This document shows, one piece after another, positions 57,179 through 64,000 of a stretch of DNA of 64,000 nt. The number at the start of each line of letters is the position of its first letter. The stretch's first letter is position 1. The position numbers and the translations under genes are program-made. The notes beneath the pieces were generated by a model. It did no database searches. It had not been told where the DNA came from and saw only the letters and a program-made list of their open reading frames with translations. This DNA is from an uncultured bacterium (GTDB lineage Bacteria; Fidelibacterota; Marinisomatia; Marinisomatales; JABMOV01): the NCBI GenBank assembly GCA_964344305.1, contig CAYFMT010000016.1:622-64621 (forward strand), written 5' to 3'.

Positions 57179-58000
57179 ATTTTCCATTTTATCATTCAAT
57201 ATTTTAGAGGCATTTTCCTCCCGGGTTTACTGCTGCTGAACCTGACAATCATTTCAGGGCAGGTCATCACAGAAACAGATCCACAGTTAAAAAAGATCGA
57301 TGTCGTTGAGCATCTTGGTGACACACTTCCATTAGATCTTGCTTTCAAGGATGAGACCGGAACGAGTCGACCACTTTCATCCTTCTTTATCCCCGGCAAA
57401 CCTACCATCCTGACATTGGCTTATTATGAATGTCCCATGTTATGTACGTTTGTCTTGAACGGTCTTGGGGATGGGTTGAATGGTATTTCTTACACATCGG
57501 GTGAGGATTTCAAGCTTCTCACTGTCAGCATAGATCCAACAGAAACACCGGACCTGGGGTTAACAAAAAAGCAAGTGTATGAAAAAGAATATAACCAGAC
57601 AAACTGGTCCTTTTTAGTCGGTGATTCTATTGATATTAAGTCCTTGGCAGATGCGCTTGGATTTCAGTATTATTACGACCTTATTTCAGAGGAATATGCG
57701 CATCCTGCAGTCGTATTCATTCTGACACCGGATGGAGCGATTTCCCGGTATCTGTATGGTCTGCATTATTGGCCACAGGATTTAAAGCTCAGCTTGCTTG
57801 AAGCATCGAAGGGCAAGATTGGTACAACCATTGATAAAATAGTTTTGTATTGTTTTCAGTATGATCCGGATGCGGGATCGTACGTAGTGTTCGCAGCAAA
57901 TGTCATGCGCCTCGGGGGGCTCGTCACTATCCTTCTCATGGGCATCTTCTTTGGGATTTTGTGGACAAAAGAACGCAGATTGTTGAAACGTAAGAGTTAG
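57179..58000 (+). CDS. SCO1/SenC copper chaperone (start codon unresolved)
   Basis: The CxxxC site is YYECPMLC and the conserved His is in EEYAHPAVVFILTPDG, with a C-terminal TM segment. Homology and an N-terminal anchor (RGIFLPGLLLLNLTIISG) extend upstream of the first ATG/GTG/TTG (TTG at 57416). The frame is open back to the TAA at 57173-57175. The 5' coordinate given is the first ATT and is a guess. Confidence 0.75.
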   Translation: MFHFIIQYFRGIFLPGLLLLNLTIISGQVITETDPQLKKIDVVEHLGDTLPLDLAFKDETGTSRPLSSFFIPGKPTILTLAYYECPMLCTFVLNGLGDGLNGISYTSGEDFKLLTVSIDPTETPDLGLTKKQVYEKEYNQTNWSFLVGDSIDIKSLADALGFQYYYDLISEEYAHPAVVFILTPDGAISRYLYGLHYWPQDLKLSLLEASKGKIGTTIDKIVLYCFQYDPDAGSYVVFAANVMRLGGLVTILLMGIFFGILWTKERRLLKRKS

Positions 58001-58018
58001 AAACAGGAATCGAATTCG

Positions 58019-58966
58019 ATGGAAAATAAAGGAAATTTTTTCCTGCCAGGTCAGGGATCCACAGTAGCACCGGAAGTGGATGCACTGTTTTTATTTATTG
58101 GTCTTGCATCGCTGGTTGTCTTTGCGATTGTGGTAGCAGGGTTGATCTATTTTGGGTTTAAATACAGGGCAAGATCAAAAGACGTTGAACTCACATCCGG
58201 GATTTCTCATAATACTACATTGGAGTTGCTGTGGACAATCATACCCACCATCCTTGTTATCATCGTTTTTGTGTGGGGATTTAAAACTTTTTTAACCCTG
58301 AATATTGTTCCCAGGGATGCCATGGAAATAAAGGTGACCGGTAAAAAATGGTTCTGGGCATTTGATTATCCACATGGAGCAACCGGTATTAATGAGATTG
58401 TGGTCCCGGAAGATACTCCTATCAAATTACTTATGTCCTCTGAGGATGTAATTCACAGTTTTTATGTTCCTGAATTCAGGGTCAAAATGGACGTGGTTCC
58501 CAATCGATACAGTGTTACATGGTTCGAGGCCGTGGAACCTGGGGAATATCATCTGTTCTGCACTGAATATTGCGGAACGGGACATTCAGAGATGATTGGA
58601 AAAGTGACAGTCCTGTCAAAGTCTGATTTTGACGCATGGGTCATGGAATCATCCACAGGTGCAGATGATGATATGCCACTGGAAGAACTTGGTCAAAAGG
58701 TCTTTCAGGAAAAAGCCTGTTTTACCTGTCACTCCCTGGATGGAACCAGGCTCGTTGGTCCCACCATGAAAGGATTGTTTAGCAGGGTTGAAAAAATGAC
58801 CGATGGGTCTACCATCACTGTGGATGAAAATTATATCCGACAATCTCTCCTGGATCCTGCTGCACTGGTTGTTGAGTCCTATGCACCGGTCATGCCAACC
58901 TATCAGGGATTGGTTTCTGATAGGGAAATGGATGGACTCATCGCTTATATCAAAACTCTTAAATAA
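58019..58966 (+). CDS. ctaC: cytochrome c oxidase subunit II with a fused C-terminal cytochrome c domain (caa3 type)
   Basis: Two TM segments. The CuA site is HSFYVPEF...CTEYCGTGHSEM and the haem c site is CFTCHSLDG. Confidence 0.92.
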   Translation: MENKGNFFLPGQGSTVAPEVDALFLFIGLASLVVFAIVVAGLIYFGFKYRARSKDVELTSGISHNTTLELLWTIIPTILVIIVFVWGFKTFLTLNIVPRDAMEIKVTGKKWFWAFDYPHGATGINEIVVPEDTPIKLLMSSEDVIHSFYVPEFRVKMDVVPNRYSVTWFEAVEPGEYHLFCTEYCGTGHSEMIGKVTVLSKSDFDAWVMESSTGADDDMPLEELGQKVFQEKACFTCHSLDGTRLVGPTMKGLFSRVEKMTDGSTITVDENYIRQSLLDPAALVVESYAPVMPTYQGLVSDREMDGLIAYIKTLK

Positions 58967-58977
58967 GTAGAAAATAA

Positions 58978-60594
58978 ATGAATACGTATCCTGAAACCCA
59001 TTATTTAAACGCACCCGAAAAAGGCCTGAAATCCTGGCTTACAACGCTGGACCATAAACGCATTGGTGTCATGTATCTCTGGGCTGTGATGTTTTTCTTC
59101 ATGTTTGGTGGAGCCCTGGCCATGCTCATGAGATCCGAGCTTTTCCTACCCGGTGCAGATTTTATGACAGCTAATTTTTACAACAAACTTTTTACCCTTC
59201 ATGGTGCGGTGATGGTGTTCCTGTTCATTATTCCAGCCATACCAGCAGGTCTAGGGAATATATTCCTTCCCATCATGATTGGAGCAAAGGATGTGGCTTT
59301 CCCACGTCTAAACCTGGCAAGTTGGTATATCTACCTTGCAGGAGCCTTCATTGCTGTCTTCTCCATCCTAGCCGGAGGATTTGATACAGGCTGGACATTC
59401 TATACACCCTACAGTACCTCCACAGATACTGCGGTCATCTCAATTGTTCTCGGTGCGTTTGTTATGGGTTTTTCCTCCATCCTCACAGGGATTAATTTTA
59501 TTGTAACCATACACAAATTGCGGGCACCGGGGATCAACTGGTTCAATCTCCCGTTATTTATCTGGGGATTATATGCAACAGCCATTATTCAGGTAGCCGC
59601 CACACCAGTGTTGGCCATAACCCTTGTTCTTCTAATCATGGAACGATTGCTTGGCATTGGCATTTTCGATCCTGCCATGGGTGGAGACCCTGTGCTTTAC
59701 CAGCATTTCTTCTGGTTCTATTCACATCCAGCTGTTTATATCATGATCCTTCCAGGGATGGGAATTATCAGTGAATTGATTTCCGCTTTCTCACGGAAAA
59801 AGATTTTTGGATACAAAGCCATTGCCTATTCCAGCCTGGGAATTGCCTTCATCAGTTTTGTGGTCTGGGGGCATCACATGTACACATCCACACAATCGGT
59901 TCTGGCATCCACCATTTTCTCAGTTCTCACGTTTCTTGTTGGTATCCCATCCGGTATCAAAGTGTTTAACTGGCTGGCAACGCTGTATAAAGGAAGCATT
60001 CGATTTGCATCACCCATGCTCTACGCATTCTCCTTCCTCATTCTTTTCTCTATTGGTGGTTTGACAGGTATTTTTCTAGGATCTGCAGGAACGGATGTTC
60101 ACCTTCATGATACTTACTTCATCGTGGCCCATTTCCATTTTACCATGATGGGCGGAACCGTAATTGCATTCCTTGGTGGTCTCCACTACTGGTGGCCAAA
60201 GATTTTTGGACGAATGCATAATGAAAAACTGGCCCAGATCCTCGCTGTCACAGTTTTTGTTGGATTCCTGCTGACATTCATTCCCCAGTTCATCAATGGA
60301 ATGCACGGAATGCCGCGACGATACTTCATGTATGTGGAACAGTATACACTGTCCAATCAGATCTCTACCATCGGGGCATTTATCCTTGGAACATCCCTGT
60401 TCATTTCTTTTGTGAATCTCTTTATTGCTTCTCGGAAGGGAAAACCAGTGGGAGACAATCCCTGGGGTGTTCTTGGACTGGAATGGAAAACGACATCACC
60501 ACCGGATCCCCACAATTTTCCTGAAACACCGGACATCACCCATGATCCCTATGATTATGATAAGGTGATCGCCAAACCAACCTTGGACCTTTAA
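58978..60594 (+). CDS. ctaD: cytochrome c oxidase subunit I
   Basis: 538 aa with [26 protein letters not shown] and [11 protein letters not shown] motifs. Confidence 0.95.
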   Translation: MNTYPETHYLNAPEKGLKSWLTTLDHKRIGVMYLWAVMFFFMFGGALAMLMRSELFLPGADFMTANFYNKLFTLHGAVMVFLFIIPAIPAGLGNIFLPIMIGAKDVAFPRLNLASWYIYLAGAFIAVFSILAGGFDTGWTFYTPYSTSTDTAVISIVLGAFVMGFSSILTGINFIVTIHKLRAPGINWFNLPLFIWGLYATAIIQVAATPVLAITLVLLIMERLLGIGIFDPAMGGDPVLYQHFFWFYSHPAVYIMILPGMGIISELISAFSRKKIFGYKAIAYSSLGIAFISFVVWGHHMYTSTQSVLASTIFSVLTFLVGIPSGIKVFNWLATLYKGSIRFASPMLYAFSFLILFSIGGLTGIFLGSAGTDVHLHDTYFIVAHFHFTMMGGTVIAFLGGLHYWWPKIFGRMHNEKLAQILAVTVFVGFLLTFIPQFINGMHGMPRRYFMYVEQYTLSNQISTIGAFILGTSLFISFVNLFIASRKGKPVGDNPWGVLGLEWKTTSPPDPHNFPETPDITHDPYDYDKVIAKPTLDL

Positions 60595-60606
60595 GACGGA
60601 AATAGT

Positions 60607-61254
60607 ATGAGTCACACTGAATCACACCCAGAATATTTACAGCATCACTTTGCTGATTCTGAACAACAATTTGAATCTGCCAAGACAGGAATGTGGTTAT
60701 TTCTTCTCACCGAAATTCTCACCTTTGGCGGGTTGTTTGTCGCTTATGCCATTTATCGCGCCTGGCATCCTGACATGTTTGTTAACGCACATTTGGCACT
60801 GAATCGATCCCTGGGAGCCCTGAATACGGTTGTTCTAATCACATCTTCCATTACCATGGCCCTATCTATTTGGGCTATGCAGAATGATAAGCGAAAGCAA
60901 ACATTCCTATACCTCCTGGCTACGCTGGTTCTTGCCGGTACTTTCATGGTCGTTAAGTATTTTGAATACAGCCACAAATTCCATGTGGGACAACTACCTG
61001 GAAAATTTTATACGTACACAGGTATCGAAGGAACCAACCCCCACATCTTTTTTAGCATCTACTTCATGATGACAGGACTCCATGGACTGCACGTCCTTAT
61101 TGGAATGGGTTTGATTATCTGGTTGATGGTTCGAACTCAAAAAGGTCATTTTTCCGGTAAATATTATACCCCCATCGAAATAACAGGACTATTCTGGCAC
61201 CTTGTAGACATGGTCTGGATTTTCCTCTTCCCACTTCTTTATCTGATAGGTTAA
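60607..61254 (+). CDS. ctaE: cytochrome c oxidase subunit III
   Basis: 215 aa with GMWLFLLTEILTFGGLF and FWHLVDMVWIFLFPLLY. Confidence 0.9.
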   Translation: MSHTESHPEYLQHHFADSEQQFESAKTGMWLFLLTEILTFGGLFVAYAIYRAWHPDMFVNAHLALNRSLGALNTVVLITSSITMALSIWAMQNDKRKQTFLYLLATLVLAGTFMVVKYFEYSHKFHVGQLPGKFYTYTGIEGTNPHIFFSIYFMMTGLHGLHVLIGMGLIIWLMVRTQKGHFSGKYYTPIEITGLFWHLVDMVWIFLFPLLYLIG

Positions 61255-61256
61255 TC

Positions 61257-61631
61257 ATGAGTCAATCACATTCACATCATATTACTCCGTTCTGGGTTTA
61301 TCTTGCTGTCGGGTTTGCCCTTATGATACTGACCATCGTTACGGTAGCAGTATCCTATGTAGACCTAGGGGGATTCAATATTGTCGTGGCACTTGGTGTT
61401 GCATCCCTGAAGGCACTGCTGGTGGCATTTTTCTTCATGCAGCTCTGGTGGGATAAAAAAATCAACCTGGTTATTTTTTCTACAGCCATGATTTTCCTTA
61501 CCATTTTCATCGTATTGACTTTGTTTGATACAGCTGACCGTGGTCGGATTAATTATGAAATGAAAGGCAACATTGCTCCCAATGCAGCCATGTATGAATC
61601 CATGGAGGAATCCTCCTCTTCATCACATTGA
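61257..61631 (+). CDS. ctaF: cytochrome c oxidase subunit IV-family small membrane protein
   Basis: 124 aa, 3 TM segments, in the position after subunit III. It contains KALLVAFFFMQLWWDKK. Confidence 0.75.
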   Translation: MSQSHSHHITPFWVYLAVGFALMILTIVTVAVSYVDLGGFNIVVALGVASLKALLVAFFFMQLWWDKKINLVIFSTAMIFLTIFIVLTLFDTADRGRINYEMKGNIAPNAAMYESMEESSSSSH

Positions 61632-61653
61632 TCAGTTACAGGTAATATTTGGT

Positions 61654-61688
61654 GAAAGCCCTGGTTAATTTCCGGGGCTTTCTTATTT
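61654..61688 (+). terminator. rho-independent terminator (probably leaky) between ctaF and ctaB
   Basis: GAAAGCCCTGG-ttaattt-CCGGGGCTTTC forms an 11-bp stem with one G-U pair. It is followed by TTATTT, 9 nt before the ctaB ATG. Confidence 0.6.
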
Positions 61689-61696
61689 GAATCTCT

Positions 61697-62587
61697 ATGA
61701 AACATCAACCATCTGTCGCCCCCTCTCCTTTCGCTGCCATTCTGGAGCTGATGAAAGTACGCATCATGATGATGGTACTTATAACCACAACATTTTCGTA
61801 CTATCTTGCCAGCAATGGGATTCGTTCATACAAGGAACTTGGGTTGCTACTATTGGGAACCGCCCTGGTTAAAGGTGGTGCCGGGACGCTGAATCATCTG
61901 TTTGAGCGAGACACAGACAGCATGATGGAACGGACACGTTATCGACCCATCCCTGCAGGGGTTGTAACAAAACACTTTGCCCTGATTTTTGGATTAATCC
62001 TAGCTGTTATTGGCGTGTTGATATTGAAACATACCATCAATTCACTCACAGCCATGATTGCCCTTATTACTGTGGCATCGTATGTAGTCATTTATACGCC
62101 CATGAAACGCATCACCTGGTTGAATACATCCGTCGGTGCCATTCCCGGAGCTCTACCAGCCATGGGCGGATGGACAGCGGCCACAAACCAGTTGGACATG
62201 GGCGCCTGGATCATGTTTGGAATTCTCTTTTTCTGGCAGCACCCACATTTTTACGCCATTGCCATTATGTATAAAGAAGAATATGCCAGGGCTGATTTGA
62301 AAATGCTTCCTGTTATTGACGCCATTGGCCATAGCACAAAACGACAGATTTTGATCCATACGTTATTATTAATTCTTGTCTCTGTACTTCCGGTATTCTG
62401 GGGAATCTCAGGGATTGTTTACCTGGTGGGTGCCTTATTGCTGGGTTATCATTATTTTCATCATGGGAATCGAGTTTCCAAAGACATGACCATAGAAAAT
62501 GCCAGGGGATTATTGCGCAGTTCCATTTTATATCTGCCGATGATTTTCGTATTAATAATTCTAGATTCTTTTCTGTTCATCCGATGA
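61697..62587 (+). CDS. ctaB: protohaem IX farnesyltransferase (haem O synthase)
   Basis: 296 aa of the UbiA superfamily, with GAGTLNHLFERDTD and YRPIPAG motifs. Confidence 0.9.
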   Translation: MKHQPSVAPSPFAAILELMKVRIMMMVLITTTFSYYLASNGIRSYKELGLLLLGTALVKGGAGTLNHLFERDTDSMMERTRYRPIPAGVVTKHFALIFGLILAVIGVLILKHTINSLTAMIALITVASYVVIYTPMKRITWLNTSVGAIPGALPAMGGWTAATNQLDMGAWIMFGILFFWQHPHFYAIAIMYKEEYARADLKMLPVIDAIGHSTKRQILIHTLLLILVSVLPVFWGISGIVYLVGALLLGYHYFHHGNRVSKDMTIENARGLLRSSILYLPMIFVLIILDSFLFIR

Positions 62588-63099
62588 CATCCAAAACCAC
62601 ATACTGGCAATTATTCAGTGGAATCATTTCCATTACCCTCATAGCCATTGTGATTTTCCTGGTTTATGGACCTAAAACTATCGACCATGAAGTAGATGTT
62701 TCACTCCTTCCTCACCTGAATGTCATGCTAAACAGTCTGGCCTGTATTTCACTGGTGATTGGCTACATTTTAATTCAAAGTAAAAAAGAGATGGCTCATA
62801 GAATTGCCATGGTGACAGCTTCGCTGTTTTCAGCTCTTTTTCTTACATCCTACTTGCTGTACCATTACTATCAGGCAGAACCGGTAAAATACACCGGTGA
62901 CTTTCCATGGATATATTATCCTATTTTGATCGTGCATATTCTTCTGGCTGCCGCTATTGCACCCCTGGTACTCGTAACGCTCTATCGAGGCTGGATGGAC
63001 AGCAGGATGAAGCACAGATCGCTGGCAAAATGGACCTATCCTATCTGGGTCATTGTATCAGTATCGGGAATCGTAATCTATCTTATGCTCTATGGTTAA
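62584..63099 (+). CDS. DUF420-family membrane protein (CtaM-like oxidase assembly factor family)
   Basis: 171 aa, 4 TM segments. It overlaps the ctaB stop (ATGA), a typical oxidase-cluster position. Confidence 0.65.
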   Translation: MTSKTTYWQLFSGIISITLIAIVIFLVYGPKTIDHEVDVSLLPHLNVMLNSLACISLVIGYILIQSKKEMAHRIAMVTASLFSALFLTSYLLYHYYQAEPVKYTGDFPWIYYPILIVHILLAAAIAPLVLVTLYRGWMDSRMKHRSLAKWTYPIWVIVSVSGIVIYLMLYG

Positions 63100-64000
63100 A
63101 AAACTGACACTATCCATCTGCTGTTGTGTTGCCATGCTTTTGGGGCAAGACAGCACCCAAATCGGACCGGGAATGATCGGAGATGAATTATTCGATTATG
63201 TTGTGATGCATTACAAAACCACCACAACTCTGGGGTATGGGCCTGCCAGGGATGTGATGTATGGAGAAATTGATGTCTATGATGGGAATCAGTTAACGGG
63301 GGTTTACAGCGGATTTACTATTTCACTGGACATGAGTGCGGACCCAAGCCAGGATGCTTATGCTAAAGGGATCAATTGTGAACATACATGGCCACAGAGT
63401 CTTGGTGCTGCTGATGAACCACAGCGGAGTGATATACACCATCTATTTCCAACAAAGGTGGAAGTGAATTCTGCTCGTGGAAACGATCCCTTTTCAGATA
63501 TCCCTGATGAAAACACGGATGTCTGGTATCGACTGGATCAGACTACAACGTCCATTCCTTCATCCAATATTGATGAGTACAGCGAGAAAGAGAATGATGG
63601 AAGTACGGTGTTTGAGGTACGTGAGGATCATAAGGGAAATACCGCAAGAGCCATGTTTTATTTTTATACCATGTACCAATCCGATGCTGATGAGAATTTC
63701 TGGACGATTCAGAACCAGACGTTGAGAGACTGGCACTATACTGACCCAGTGGATTCTGTCGAACTTGAGCGAACCCAGGAAATTGCCGCCTACCAGGACA
63801 ATAAGGTCAATCCGTTTGTGATGGATTCATCCCTGGCAAGACGAATCTGGTGGCCAAATGAGAATGATACCATGACGGTTGCTATTGAAAATCCCAATAG
63901 TAATTCACACCCAGAATCTTTTGCCATTCTTGATGCATATCCTAATCCCTTTAATGATGGAACCATTATCAGTTTTCAGTTACCAGCTGCCCGTTTTGTG
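63092..64000 (+). CDS. extracellular endonuclease I-family nuclease with the beginning of a T9SS C-terminal sorting domain (3' partial, runs off the window)
   Basis: This ORF is not in the supplied track because it has no stop in the window. The ATG at 63092 gives MVKKLTLSICCCVAMLLGQ (signal peptide). Motifs are INCEHTWPQS, DIHHLFPT and VNSARGNDPF. The last residues, DAYPNPFNDGTIISFQLP, begin a CTD. It overlaps the DUF420 stop by 8 nt. Confidence 0.8.
   Translation, partial: MVKKLTLSICCCVAMLLGQDSTQIGPGMIGDELFDYVVMHYKTTTTLGYGPARDVMYGEIDVYDGNQLTGVYSGFTISLDMSADPSQDAYAKGINCEHTWPQSLGAADEPQRSDIHHLFPTKVEVNSARGNDPFSDIPDENTDVWYRLDQTTTSIPSSNIDEYSEKENDGSTVFEVREDHKGNTARAMFYFYTMYQSDADENFWTIQNQTLRDWHYTDPVDSVELERTQEIAAYQDNKVNPFVMDSSLARRIWWPNENDTMTVAIENPNSNSHPESFAILDAYPNPFNDGTIISFQLPAARFV

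Noticed and set aside
61128-61137. GGTTCGAACT, a tRNA T-loop-like sequence.
   Set aside because: It lies inside the ctaE coding sequence, with no flanking acceptor or anticodon stems. No intergenic gap in the window is large and structured enough for a tRNA.
63477-63725. 82-aa ORF in the supplied track.
   Set aside because: It is out of frame with, and internal to, the open-ended endonuclease I gene (63092 to beyond 64000), which carries clear family motifs.
1-64000. Search by eye for CRISPR arrays, defence-system hallmarks (reverse transcriptase, nucleases with ATPases, TA pairs), integrases or phage genes.
   Set aside because: I saw no short regularly spaced repeats and no ORF with such motifs. 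The only nuclease is a secreted endonuclease I. A by-eye scan cannot exclude small or degenerate elements.

Overview
Bacterial chromosomal segment, almost fully coding. I saw no transposase, integrase, CRISPR array, tRNA or prophage signal.

- **Left edge:** the first ~100 nt of a 16S rRNA gene on the minus strand.
- **0.2-26.4 kb:** a block of large exported proteins, nearly all ending in a T9SS-type C-terminal sorting domain (NYPNPFNP...). It holds a cohesin-like protein, an S8 protease with an FG-GAP propeller, a 937-aa unknown, a BNR/Asp-box protein and an M6 metalloprotease.
- **10.8-23.6 kb (minus strand), the most unusual feature:** a lipoprotein, then a 1127-aa TonB-dependent-type barrel, then two tandem cassettes. 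Each cassette is a large exported protein with a variant CTD (VVPNPYI...GKFAVVR) plus a translationally coupled PorV/PorQ-like barrel. The barrel gene plus the last ~36 cargo codons form a 1132-bp direct repeat with no difference found.
- **26.4-31.2 kb:** a Cu/Zn-efflux-type permease with an HMA domain, tig-clpP-clpX (ClpX lacks the zinc-finger N-domain), and an RRM RNA-binding protein.
- **31-41 kb:** a secreted dockerin-tagged agmatine-deiminase/PAD-family enzyme, a membrane-protein/HTH/TonB-receptor/SDR operon, and an M1 peptidase with an Omp85-like C-terminal region.
- **41-44 kb:** a perR-prx-trxB-sod oxidative-stress operon with a PerR-box-like palindrome.
- **44-49 kb:** tandem Usp, a DASS transporter, and an ECF-like S/T membrane pair whose T-like protein is fused to a non-ABC P-loop NTPase.
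- **49.5-63.1 kb:** alternative complex III (actABCDEF), a small TM protein, SCO1, caa3 oxidase (ctaCDEF), ctaB and a DUF420 gene.
- **Right edge:** a partial endonuclease-I gene with a T9SS CTD.

Gene content suggests an FCB-superphylum lineage. I cannot place it more finely without a database search.
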